In this document: positions 1 to 14,000 of the stretch, one piece after another
Layout of the letters: each line of letters opens with the position of its first letter
Position numbering within the stretch: the first letter of the stretch is position 1
Assembly: GCF_009914755.1 (NCBI RefSeq)
Contig: NC_060929.1
Reading direction: 5' to 3' (one strand)
DNA: 64,000 nt
DNA from: the human T2T-CHM13v2.0 reference genome, Homo sapiens
The notes under the pieces: generated by a model
What the model saw: only the letters and a program-made list of their open reading frames with translations
The model's database searches: none
Told to the model about the DNA's origin: nothing
Translations under genes and position numbers: made by a program

Positions 1-343
1 GAGCACAAAAATGTGAATTTGCAAACATTAAATACTCCCTTGGTATGGTTCCATTGTAGCATACTAAGCAGACATCTTCAATCAATCACAACATGACTTT
101 CATCCCATGAGACTCAGATTGGACTTCATAGTCCTATCCCAACACAATCCTCCAGGCAACCACTACCAGCTGACCAGGACAGATGCTCTGACATGCCATA
201 TGACATTTTTTAAACCACTTAGGTCCTTTATTTTTGAGCTTCAGTCACCTTTATGGCTAAAAAAAAAAAAAAAAAAAAATACATTAGATGAGATACTCTC
301 CAGACCTTTTTCTGAAATTCTGTGATTTTATTATCTTTTATAG

Positions 344-661
344 CAGAGATCAACAAACCAAGGCCTGCTGATCAAATCTATGCTGCCATCAGTTTTTGTA
401 TAGCCTTGGAGCTAAAAATGAATTTTACATTTTTAAAACATTGGAAAAATCCAAAGAATACTATTTCATGACATAGAAATATAAAGTTAAAATTTGAGTG
501 TCCATAAATAATACTTTATTGGAAAACAGTCATGCTCATTTACTTTCATATTCTCTATGGCTATTTTCCCACTATAATGGCAGAGTTAAGTAGTTGTATC
601 AGACACCATATGTCCCGGAAACCTAAAATATTTACTAATTGATTCTTTACAGAAAAAGTTG
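344..661 (+). mobile_element. MER58B-like hAT-Charlie DNA transposon fossil
   Basis: Begins CAGAGATCAACAAAC and contains GTGTCCATAAATAA..TTTATTGGAA and CCTAAAATATTTACT..TTTACAGAAAAAGTT, matching the MER58B consensus as I recall it. Confidence 0.7.
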
Positions 662-3600
662 AAACCAGAGTATGGTGAGAAAATTGTGGATTGAATGCCA
701 GGTCAAAAGAAATGTTGTTTAACACAGAGGTTTAAGGATTATGAGGCAAAAGCAAGTGAAATAACATGAATATTTGTCAAAAAGTCATCCAATGGTACCC
801 TTCTAAAATGTGAATTTCATTATAACATTTTTATTATTTTGTTATAAAATGTTTTATAAGAAAGAAGTTCCAAACATAAAAATAAAAAGGAACCAGGCCT
901 TTACGGGGGACCATAAAGATAATCTGACATAAATGTTACAGGTTTCATGTTAGAGCTACTGTGAAATGTAAATTCAACATGAAATTTGTCAGTATTTCAT
1001 AACCCAGTTAAGATGTAAATTCAACAAATACTCTGCTTGGGAAAGATGCATTGTGTTCTATTTTTCAAATTGTTCAGTTTACTGATTAAAGTATTTTTAC
1101 ATTTACAAAAACAACTAACGTAACTTCCATACTCTTCTATTTCATAAGCTGAAATAAGTCCCTGCTTCCCTCACAGGGATGGTAGAAAGAATCTTTAGGA
1201 AAAATGCTCTAAGTCAAAGTATAATTTTTGATATTTATGTTTAATATTAGGATAATAATTCTTTTTTAAATAGCTTAATCATATGCTTACTCATGCTTTT
1301 ACAAGTCTTTGATTCAACAAATAATGCAAACTTAATCACTGTGCTTCTGATTAAGTCTGATATATGCAAAATGGAAATTGCTTATTTAATATCAACTGTC
1401 AATATGAGTTCACATTTAACTAGGTTGGAACCTATTTACATTCTAAAACCTTTTCAAACCTTTTCTTGTGTTCGAAAGTTTTGGAGCTGTTAATAACTCC
1501 ATATATATAAAGAAACATAGTTATCATTAGTTGATACATAATTTGCAATTTCTCTAACTCTCATTAATATTTGGGTAACTTTCAGTTCCTATTACTGGAA
1601 AAAAACAACTAAGCGAGAAGAAAACAACAATTGAGCAGGAGAATAAACATATTAAGTGTTTAGAAAGGAGAAAATATTAAAATCACATAATTAATTAAGA
1701 TAAACAATGTCTTCTGCAGAAAAGTTCATCTAACTTTCTATGGTTGGAAGAAAGATGGCTTTCAATAATGATAGAAGTTGGAAATAGACCACATTTACAG
1801 AATGCCTAAAACACAAATAAAAATAGGAAAATCGAGTTAATAATTCAGACATTTTTCAAACTCCTAATTAGTTGCATATGGATAGCTTGGATGGTGAAAG
1901 TCACATAAAAACGTCTATTATAGAATCTAGATTACCAATGTGTTGCATAATTTAAATAAGGCCACAAGTGGTAAACTTGCCTGAGTTAATTAGATCTACT
2001 CTAATATACAATAGAGCATCCAAAACAATTCAAAAATAGAGAAATTTCTGGAATAATTCTAATATAACATACCCTAATGGTGTCAGATTAACCCAGGTTT
2101 CAGTATGGTCCTCAATACCATCTCCTACGTTTCTTAATCGTACAATTTAACCTTGGTGAACTCTACATTCTGCATTAGTATATGGGATAAATTATTTACT
2201 TCATAGGTTTCTGTGCGGATTAAATTCACATAGTAGACAAGCAATAAATATTTGTAATAGTCCCATAATTTTGTAGTTTTGTTTAGAGACTGCAAAAGAA
2301 TGTCAATGCATATTAATTATGAAAAAAGTAAGATCTGCATACTTTTTATACTTAAAAATAAGTTATAAATTTTCTAATATACTGGATGTAAATAGACACA
2401 TATTGTAGTTCATATTATTTAAAATCGTAGTTTCATATGTACACTCTGTTAAATGCTGTGCCTTCATTGACATGTTCTTTCTTGTTGCCTGGACTATCCA
2501 GATCCATGGAAATTTTATAACTGTCATTGTGTTTTTATTTTAGCGATAAAGACGCATCTTTGTTTAACAAGAACTGGAAGTAAAACTTTGTCCCAAAAAG
2601 CAGGTACTTTCAAAGTTGGGGAAAAATACAGCAATAAGTAAAGCACTTGTTTCATATCTGTTGAAGAAATGATCCGATTATTGTGTATGGGAAGAAAGTC
2701 AGGAATTGAAAGCAAAATGCCAGACATCTAAGTGTATGTTCACCTGAAATCTTTAGGACCATAAGCAGTACTCATATTCCAATAAACTAGAAATGTTAGC
2801 TGTTTGAACCATAGAAGTAACCATTTGCACGGGAAAAACAGGGACTCTGATTTAGGGGCACCACAGTTCAAATGCCAGTTTAGATTTGTTAACTTCAATA
2901 AATTACAATTTACCTGAGTCTCAGTTTTATTACCTTTAAAGTATGGACAATAATAGCTACCTGGAATTACAGCTGTTTCAGGATTCAGTTAGTACATGTA
3001 AAGTGTTTTTTAAAGAAATGAATTTATTATTACTACACAACCATTCCCTTTCATCAGTGGAGAAAGTTTCAAATGGATTACAAATGCTATATTCTTGTCA
3101 CTAAGCATTCCTCAACTATCAGTGCAACGGCAAATTTAACAAAACAAACCAGCCAACTGTTTTCAAGTATAAGGAAAGGAAAGGGGAAACCATCCCAACA
3201 ACTTGAGCATAACATGTCCAGGTAGGAAAATGCAGGTCCCTTCAAAATAATCTCCCCTATGTTCCAGATATTCAACAGTTGATCTAAGAAACACAAAGTC
3301 TTACTATTCTGTGTCCCAGTTCTTTAAGACTTTGAGAAACAAAAGAACCCCAAAGAAGTTTAAGAAATCAGTAAATGGTTGTGTCCAAAATATAGATAAC
3401 ACATCAGATGTTGTAGTAGGGGACTAGCAATCCAGGTTTTCCCAGACTGAAAAGTCCGCATCTTGATAACTCTCTCAATCTCTCAATCTTGGGCAAACCA
3501 AGACAGTCACCTTGAGCATAGGTCATAAGATATGTTCCATGGTCATAGAATAGCAGCACTAGAAGGGTCTGGGGAAACTACAGAGTCTAGCTTTATTTTA

Positions 3601-4498
3601 CAGATGGAAAGTCAGATTCTAGGTATGAGCTAATGACATCCCCACAGGTGCAGTGCTTACCATGAGGATCATTTCAGGCGACACATGAACTCCACTCTTC
3701 TAATTCCAGATTTCAAAATGTCATACAGGATGAAGAATGTTGTAGTAGAAAAAAAGCCTGGCTGTTATACCAGATTACTTGGGCTTCTGTTCTGTGACTC
3801 TGGACAAGTGATCTGACCTTTAAGCTCCAGTATTTTTCACTGAATATTGGTATTATTAGCATTGAATGACAGGGAGCAAATAAAGTGTTGAGCTCTGTGC
3901 CTAGCACATAAAAAAGATGAAATAAATATTTGTTATTATTATTGATAGTTTTCATCTATTTCTCCTCTTTAGTTTCCTCATTATTAATATAATCCTTATT
4001 ATTATTATTTGCTACTTACAGCAAGGTGGCACAACCTAGCATAATAAGACCCTTCCTTGGATTTTCACTAAAATCATGTGGACTTTAAGAACATCAAAGA
4101 ATGGTGTTTCACACTTGGAATTTTCTTAAAATAAGTCATTGAAATTGTGTCACTCTGAGCTGAATAATTTACAGACCCATTTTGAAAAGAAGTCTCTTTG
4201 ACTATGAAAAATGCATGCAAATTTCTTTAGTAATTCAGCTTCAGCGTACTCCACTAGGTTCTTCTAAACGGCTCTTTTCAAAATGCTCGATCTTTACTAC
4301 TCTCTACATCTTGAGCCATTTTCTATAGAGGCCTAACTATTAAGAACACTCACCAAAGGATGGCCATCCTGAAATAAAGAGGAAGTATATTTGAGATGAT
4401 TACATATTCAAATGATACAGCAACAGGGTTTGCAGAACAAAGTTTAGATTGAGAAGTAATACTTCATAAATATACCCAGTATTCAGAAGATTAGGGCG

Positions 4499-4993
<495 letters not shown>

Positions 4994-5795
4994 TAGTTCA
5001 ATATTTTCATTTGTTAAAAATGTAAGTCACTTTCATACTCAGGAATGTACAAAATGATAAGTTCAACAGAATTTTAGAAAACAAAAACAGTACAAGTACC
5101 TCTGAAGACTAACAGCACTCTTTCTTGGATGTGCATCAAATAGAGATGTGATTTGTGGAGCAAAGTACAGCATTTTACCCTTAATTTCATGGATACTTTC
5201 CTAGTTTGACTTATACCCTAGATTGTTTCATATTTGCCTTTTCTAAGCTTCTCAATGAAATGGCCTCCAAAAGTAGAAAAACTCACAGCTCTGGAGAAAA
5301 TATCTACTTAAAGCATGGATAGACCAGACTGAGAAACAGTTTGTGTGTAAGCAGGGTAATTTTTAAAGGGAAAAATTACTATTCCTAGAACTTCCTAACT
5401 TTAGAAACAAGATTTCAGAGTAATACACACCAAATGAAACTTAATCTTCACCCTACACCTGAAAAATGTATATTTATATATTTATGGATTTTAAAATATG
5501 TCTCTAGGTAACTTTTAAAAAGAAACATAATGTAATCAGATGCATTGTCCATTGTCAGAGCACAATCCTTGTCGTTCTATTAATTTCTGGGTCATGCGTG
5601 AGGCCAGCACATTGCAAAGACATCCTTATTATAAAAAAAAAAAGGAAAAGAAAAAAGAAGGAAGGTGAAAATGGTAGACTGAGTGCCATTTAGTTTGTTA
5701 TCTAGGTAAATATCAAGTTCACTGCCTGTTCCCCTTCATGCTCCTGAGTCTCAATATAGATATATATGTATATGCTGGGGTTATGACTCTGTAGG

Positions 5796-5798
<3 letters not shown>

Positions 5799-5829
<31 letters not shown>

Positions 5830-5836
5830 ATGTGTG
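5799..5836. repeat. (TG)n microsatellite
   Basis: Direct reading. Confidence 0.95.
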
Positions 5837-7346
5837 TTGGGAGAGAAGGGCTAGGAAGGGAACCAGAGACCTAAGGAGTCAAATTAATTTGTTTATAGGT
5901 AAATAAGATCGCTTCCCCTTCACTTTCTATATCACAACATTATCTGATCTCTCATAAGAATGAAGTAAACTGGATTGCTGGCAAGGTGGCCGAATAGGAC
6001 CAACTCCGGCCTGCAGCTCCCAGTGAAATTGTTGCAGAAGGTAGGTGATTTCTGCATTTCCAACTGAGGTACCCAGTTCATCTCACTGGGACTTGTTGGA
6101 CTGTGGGTACAGCCCACGGAGGGCAAGCCAAAGCAGGGTGGGGGATATCATCTCATCTGGGAAGCACAGGGGGTCATGGAATTTTCTCCCCTACTCAAGG
6201 GAAGTCATAAGGGACTGAGCCTGAGAAACCATGCACTTCAGCTCAGATACTGCGCTTTTCCCATGGTCTTTGCAACCTGCAGACCAGGAAATTCCCTCCG
6301 GTGCCTACCCCACCAGGGCCCTGGGTTTCAAGCACAAAACTCAGCAGCTGTTTGGGCAGACACCGAACTAGCTGCAGGAGTTTTTTTGTTTTGGTTTGGT
6401 TTTTTTGTTTGTTTGTTTGTTTGTTTTGTTTTGTTTTGTTTTTTCCATACCCCAGTTGTGTCTGGAATGCCAGGGAGACAGAATGGTTCACTCCCCTGGA
6501 AAGGGGGCTGAAGCCAGGGAGCCAAGTGGTCTGGCTTGGTGGGTCCCACCCCCACTGAGCCCAGCAAACTAAGATCCACTGGCTTGAAATTCTCGCTGCT
6601 AGCACAGCAGCAGTCTAAGAGTGACCTGGGACACTGGAGCTTGGTGGGAGGAGGGGCATCCACCATTGCTGAGGCTTCAGTATGCGGTTTTATCCTCACA
6701 GCGTAAACAAGGCTGCCAGGAAGCTCAAACTGGGTGGAGCCCACTGCAACTCAGCAATGCCACTGTGATCAGACTGCCAGATTTCTACTCTCTGGGCAAG
6801 GTATCTCTGAAAAAAAGGCAGCAGCCCCAGTCAGGGACTTAGAGATAAAACCCCCATCTCCCTGGGACAGAGTACCTCGTGGAAGGGGCAGCTGTGGGTG
6901 TAGCTTCAGCAGACTTAAACGTCCCTTCCTGACGGCTCTGAAGAGAGTAGCAGACCTCCCAGCACAGCTTTCGAGCTCTGCTAATGGTCAGATTGCCTCC
7001 TCAAGTGGGTCCCTGACCCCCGTGTATCCTGACTGCGAGACGCCTCCCACTAGGTGCAGACAGACACCTCATACAGGAGAGCTCTGGCTGGCATCTGGCT
7101 GGTGCCCCTCTGGGATGCAGCTTCCAAAGGGAAGATCAGGCATCAATCTTTGCTGTCCGGCAGCTTTTGCTGGTGATACGCAGGCAAACAGGGTCTGGAG
7201 TGGACCTCCAGCAAACTCCAGCAGACCTGCAGCAGAGGGGCCTGAGTGTTAGAAGGAAAACTAACAAACAGGAATAGCATGTCCACTCAGAGACCCCATC
7301 TGATGGTCACAAACATCAAAAACCAAAGGTAGATAAATCCACAGAG

Positions 7347-8376
7347 ATGGGGAGAAGCCAGCGCAAAAATGCTGAAAATTCCAAAAACCAGAATGCGTCT
7401 TCTCCTTCAAAGGATCACAACTCCTCACCAGCAAGGAAACAAAACTGGACAGAGGGTGAGTTTGACAAATTGACAGAAGTAGGCTTCAGAAGGTGGGTAA
7501 TAACAAATTCCTCCGAGCTAAAAGAGCATGTTCTAAACCAATGCAAGGAAGCTAATAATCTTGAAAAAAGGTTAGACAAATTGCTAACTAGGATAACCAG
7601 TTTAGAGAAGAACATAAATGATCGGATGGAGCTGAAAAACACAGCACGAGAACTTCGTGAAGCATACACAAATATCAATAGCTGAATCAATCAAGTGGAA
7701 GAAAGGATATCAGAGATTGAAGATCAACTTAATAAATAAATAAACCGAGAAGACGAAATTAGAGAAAAAAAGAATAAAAAGGAACGAACAAAGCCTCCAA
7801 GAAATATGGGACTATGTGAAAAGACCAAATCTACATCTGATTGGTGTACTGAAAGTGATGGGGAGAATGGAACCCAGTTGGAAAACACTCTTCAGTATGA
7901 TATCCAGGAGAAATTCCCCAACCTAGCAAGACAGGCCAACATTCAAATTCAGGAAATACAGAGAACACCACAAAGATACTCTTCAAGAAGAGCAATCCCA
8001 AGACATATAATCCTCAGATTCACCAAGTTTGAAATGAAGGGAAAAAATGTTAAGGGCAGCCAGAAAGAAAGGCTGGATTACCCACAAAGAGAAGACCATC
8101 AGACTAACAGCAGATCTCTCTGCAGAAACCCTACAAGCCAGAAGAGAGTGGGGGCCAATATTCAACATTCTTAAAGAAAATAATTTTCAACCCAGAATTT
8201 CATATCCAGCCAAACTAAGCTTCATAAGTGAAGGAGAAATAAAATCCGTGACAGACAAGCAAATGCTGAGAGATTTTGTCACCACCAGGCCTGCCTTACA
8301 AGAGTTCCTGAAGGAAGCACTAAACATGGAAAGCAACAACCGGTACCAGCCACTGCAAAAACATGCCAAATTGTAA
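7347..8376 (+). pseudogene. L1 ORF1p remnant (stops and frameshifts)
   Basis: MGRSQRKNAENSKNQ..., ARQANIQIQEIQRTPQRY, YPAKLSFISEGEIK split over several frames. Confidence 0.9.
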
Positions 8377-8439
8377 AGACCATCGACACTAAGAAGAAAC
8401 TGTATCAACTAATGGGCAAAATAACCAGCTAGCATCATA

Positions 8440-10212
8440 ATGATAGGATCAAATTCATACATAACAATATTAAACTTCAATGTAAATGGGTTAAATGCCC
8501 CAATTAAAAGACACAGACTGGCAAATTGGATAAAGACTCAAGATGCATCAGTGTGCTGTATTCAGGAGACCCATTTCATGGGCAAAGACACAATAGGCTC
8601 AAAATAAAGGGATGGAGGAATATTTACTAAGCAATTGGAAAGCAAAAAGAAAAGCAGGAATTACAATCCTAATGTCTGATAAAACAGAGTTTAAACCAAT
8701 AAAGATCAAAAGAGACAAAGAAGGGCATTACATAATGGTAAAGGGATCAATGCAACAAGAAGAGCTAACTATCCTAAATGTATATACAACCAATATAGGA
8801 GTGCCCAGATTCATAAAGCAAGTTCTCAGAGACCTAAAAAGAGACTTAGACTCCCACACAATAATAGTGGGAGACTTTAACACCCCACTGTCAATATTAG
8901 GTAGAATGACGAGACAGAAAATTAACGAGGATACTCAGGACTTGAACTCAGCTCTGGACCAAGCAGTCCTAATAGACATCTACAGAACTCTCCACCCCAA
9001 ATCAACAGAATATACATTCTTCTCAGTACCTCACTGCACTCATTCTAAAATTGACCACATAATCGGAAGTAAAACACTCCTTAGCAAATGTAAAAGAACG
9101 AAAATCTTAAAAAAACAGTCTCTCAGACCACAGTGCAATCAAATTAGAACTCGGGATAAAGAAACTCACTCAAAACCGCAAAACTACATGGAAATTGAAC
9201 AACCTGCTCCTGAATGACTACGGGGTAAATAACAAAATGAAGGCAGAAATAAAGATGTTCTTTGAAACCAATGAGAACAAAGACACAACGTACCAGAATC
9301 TCTGGGACACGTTTAAAGTAGTGAGTAGAGGGAAATTTATAGCACTAAATGCCCACAAGAGAAAGCAGGAAAGATCTAAAATTGACCCCCTAACATCACA
9401 ATTAAAAGAACTAGAGAAGCAAGAGCAACTAAAGCCAAAATTGACAAATGGGATCTTATTAAACTAAAGAGCTTCTGCACAGCAGAAGAAACTATCATCA
9501 GAGTGAACAGGCAACCTATAGAATGGGGGAAAACTTTTGTAATCTATCACCCATCTGACAAAGGACTAATATCTAGAATCTATGAAGTTAAACAAATTTA
9601 CAAGAAAAAAACAAACAACTTCATCAAAAAGTGGGCAAAGTCTGTGAACAGACACTTCTCAAAAGAAGACATTTATGCAGCCAACAAACATGAAAAAATG
9701 CTCATCATCACTGGTCATTAGAGAAATGCAAATCAAAACCACAATGAGATGTCATATTACAGCCAGTTAGAATGGTGATCATTAAAAAGTCAGGAAACAA
9801 CAGATGCTGGAGAGGATGTGGAGAAATAGGAATGCTTTTACACTGTTGGTGGGAGGGTAAATTAGTTCAACCATTGTGGGAGACAGTGTGGCGATTCCTC
9901 AGTAATCTAGAACTAGAAATACCATTTGACCCAGCAATCCCATTACTGAGTATATACCCAAAGGATGATAAATCATTCTACTATAAAGACACATGTACAC
10001 GTATATTTATTGCAGCGCTATTCACAGTAGCAAAGACTTGGAACCCACCCAAATGTCCATCAGTGATAGATTGGATAAAGAAAATGTGGCACATATACAT
10101 CATGGAATACTATGCAGCCATAAAAAAGAATGAGTTTATGTCCTTTGCAGGGACATGGATGAAGCTGGAAACCATCATTCTCAGCAAACTAGCACAGGAA
10201 GAGAAAACCTAA
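8440..10212 (+). pseudogene. L1 ORF2p remnant: endonuclease and C-terminal Cys-rich region, RT domain missing
   Basis: ATG at 8440; EN motifs IIVGDFNTPLS and SKIDHIIG; C-terminal [18 protein letters not shown]; junction at ~9428. Confidence 0.88.
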
Positions 10213-10496
10213 CACCACATGTTCTCGCCGATAAGTGGGAGTTGAACATTGAGAACTCATGGACACAGGGAGGGAAACATCACACACCGGTGCCTGTCGG
10301 GGGGTGGGGGGCTAGGAGAGGGATAGCATTAGGAGAAATACCTAATGTAGATGATGGGTTGATGGGTGCAGCAAACCAACATGGCACGTGTATACCTATG
10401 TAATGAAACTGCACGTTCTGCACATGTACCCCAGAACTTAAAGTATAATTTAAAAAAGAAAAGGAAATAAAAAATAGATAAATAAATAAAATAAAA

Positions 10497-11047
10497 TTAC
10501 CATATAATCCAGCAATTCCACTTTGGGTGTATATACCCAAATGAACTGAAAGCAGGAACCTGAAGAGATATTTGTAAGTAATGCTCATAGAAGCATTCTT
10601 CTCAATAGCCAAACGTTACAAGTAATCCAACTGTATATTAATGAATAAATGAATAAACAAAATATGATGTGTACATGCAATGAAATAGCACTCAGTCTTT
10701 AAAAAGGAAGGAAATTCTGGCACATGCAACAACATGAGTGAACTGTGAAAACACTATGATAAATGAAATTAGTAAGTCACAAAGTACAAATACTGTATGA
10801 TTCCACTTATATGAGGTATCTAGAGTAGTCAAATTCATAGAGATAGCAAGTAAAATAGAGGTTTCCAGGGGTTGGGAGGAGGAGGGAATGGGAAATTATT
10901 TTTTAGTAGGTACAGAGTTTCAGTTTTGCAAGATGAAGAGTTCTATGAGTGGATGGTCATGGTGGTAACACAAGGATATGAATGTACTTAGTGCCACCAA
11001 ACTGTACACTTAAAAATGGTTAAGATAATAAATGTTACGTTATATGT
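10497..11047 (+). mobile_element. Old L1MB-type 3' fragment lying inside the L1PA7 target-site duplication
   Basis: TACTGTATGATTCCACTTATATGAGGTATCTAGAGTAGTCAAATTCATAG and CTGTACACTTAAAAATGGTTAAG are L1MB 3'UTR hallmarks. Confidence 0.75.
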
Positions 11048-14000
11048 AAAACAGAAAAAGAATGAGGTAAACTAAAAATGTGGAAAACAAAATCAAGATG
11101 TGAGTGTCTGATTTCTTTCTTTATAATATAGAATTTGTTTAAGAATTAAACCATTTATATATTTTGAGCTATCATTTATAGAACATTTGGTGGAATACTC
11201 TGAATAACTGAGATAAGATAGACAAGGTTGATATGTCCTGTTTTAAAACAACTTCATGGAAATGTTATCTTTTTAAGACTGTATTTTTAAATCTTATATT
11301 TATGATATAGAAAAATGGATTAAAATTATATTACGACATACATATACAAGCACACACCACACACATGTCATACAGAGTCGAAGCTTATAGTATAGTGAAA
11401 CTGATATTGGCTTTGCAGTAAACCAGACCTGGAAGTTTGGAAACTTACCTAAACCATTTATTTCTATTTTCTGTCCTGAAAACAGAAGAAAGCAACACAC
11501 GATTTATGGGTTTCCCATGCATATTTTATAAAGAGACACGATTGAACATGGCCTCTATCACATCTAGGATACTGCAATGGCTGTTTTCTGTGCATATAGT
11601 GCCTGCCTCCTTCATAACCTGTCTACACTGAAACTCTTTGGTTTTCTTGAACATACCTAACTTTGTCTTGCCTACACAGCTTTCCCTCTGGCTGTTCATG
11701 CAGTTCCCTTTGGCTGGAAGACTCTCATCCCCTTCTCTTTGCACAACTAACTTGTACTCTATTTTTAAGACCAAGTTTGAATACTTTTTTTGGTGACACC
11801 TTTGCTGACATCCCTATACTAGAGTGGCTACTTCATTTATGTGCTCACAAAGCACCCTCACTTCTGCTATCATGACCTTGTTACCCCCTATTAAAATTGT
11901 CAGGTTTTTAGTTGATGATAATCTCCTTAAAATAAGAATCCACATTGTTTAATGTCATAGGTATGACTTTCAGCAATGATCTTTCAAAATAGTCAGTGCT
12001 GATGAGGGTGCAGTGAGATAAACACTTCCACACTTTTTGTACAAAAGATAGGCATCTGGTAATAACATTAATAAACTTATTGGGTACCCATACTGCTCAA
12101 GGCATTACACTAAGTGCTTTCTTGCATTATCTCACTTAATCAACACAATGCTTTTCAGGAGTATGTACTCTACCAGTATCTGTATATTATACAGTTTAAG
12201 AAACAAAAACTCTCAGGGTCTAAATGACTTGCACCAGCTTATGAAGCTCTAGGTGGTGAATAAGGAAATAAACTTGGGTCAATTTGATGCTAACGCTATT
12301 TTTGCTCAACAACAATGCTCTACTATGCAAGTTTTCTGGGGAGCAATTAAACTATTCACACCTCAATGCAGTTGAATAAATGAGTACACACACACACGCA
12401 CACATATTAGAAACCATAACTCATATCCACTTTCCTTCTCCTTCTCAGGTAATAATATTTTTCTAATAATCATGTAATAGGGAATATTTTAATACTATCT
12501 CTAGCTTTTCTTTGCAGCCCTAGAAATAAAATGTCCCCATTACTTCCTAGGGTTGTTTCCCTCTCTCTCTGTCAATTAAATTATGTCAAACTCACAGGGG
12601 TGACTAGTAGTGAAGGCAGCATGATATGTACTGTGAGCTCACTAGAGTGCTTGCTCCTCAAGAGCAAAGACTGGTTTATTTATCTTTGTATCTCCAGTTC
12701 CCAGCATGGTGTTTTCCCCACTGTAGACAAATGATCAAAACTGTGGGAATGGGTTATTAAACAGATAATGAACTTGAGGTTACAGAATTTGTAACGGCTG
12801 TTTAGAAACTGTAAACTCCAATCACTCAATGAAATTGGAAAATAAAATGGATGATCTCTGTCAAGATAATATCTAAAGAAAAATCTTCTGTAGGAGGTTA
12901 TTGTATGTACTCTCTGAATGTGATGGTATTTGTAGAAGTGAGCAAAGCAGGTAAAACTGAACATTGAGTTGGATTCAACAATTAATAGATAATTTCCTAA
13001 ATATGAGACATTGTGCTAGGACCTGATTATTTTCTTATAATTAAGGAGAATTTTCTTTTTGTTATGATAACTCATCTTTTTAGTAAAGTAATTTGCATAT
13101 CCAGCCAGCAGAAAATAAGGCTTTGTCATGTGTAAAGAGGGCAGAGTAATCTTACTAAAACTCAACTCTAATGAGGTCTATTTTCCTGCTAACACATCTA
13201 AAAGGCTTCCTATTGCTGCGATGGTTTAAACTGTAAACTTTTTCACAGAAGACTTGGTTTTCCAAGATCTTTCCCTCATCACTACACTCCCTACACTACA
13301 ATCACACTAAACTTCTAATAACTCTCCCCAGATATTATGCTTTTTATGCCTCCATTCTCCAAACCTCGAATGCCCTCCTCTCTGTCTAGTGACACTCTAT
13401 TCATCTTTCAAGACACAGATCAAATGTTACTGAGGCTTCTGGCTCTTTGAGGCAGAGATAGCTGATCTGGTCAGTGCTTTGCGAGGGCTCCCAGCCAGGC
13501 ACCTGTCAATCTCAGGCTGTGGTTTCTGCCTCTATCCAAACCACAAAATCCTCAGGTCCAGTAACAGTTTCCAACTTTTCTTTGTTCCCTTTAAACATAG
13601 CACTGTAAAAGGTCTGTTTACTTCACCAGTGAATGGTTACTGCTTTGCAGTACAAGGTGTCTTCTTCATATTTTCCTCCTAAATTACTCAATGGAAAGAA
13701 TGATGGAAATAATAAACATGTAATTATGTTAGCAATTTATTTAATGTGCCAAATACTGGATTCAGTCCTGTATATATAATGGTGGACAAGAGAGATGTTC
13801 TTATCCTCATGGAAGCTGCACTCAATGAGGAGAAACACAGCAAAGTTGTTACACAAGCAAAATAATGATAGCTCATGATGAGTGACATGATGGAAGGAAT
13901 TAGGGTGTACAGTGGAGAATGGAGGAAGTGGTGAGGAAACAACATCAGAAGAGTTGAGGGGAGGTCTTCCTGAGCAGGAGAAATATGAGCAGACAGCTGA

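Larger units (their letters stand above)
5972..10496 (+). mobile_element. L1PA7-like LINE-1 with complete 5'UTR, decayed ORF1/ORF2 and ~2 kb internal deletion
   Basis: 5'UTR GGCAAGGTGGCCGAATAGG..CTGCATTTCCAACTGAGGTACC; ORF1 and ORF2 fragments in the ORF track; L1PA 3'UTR and A-rich tail 10452-10496. Confidence 0.9.
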
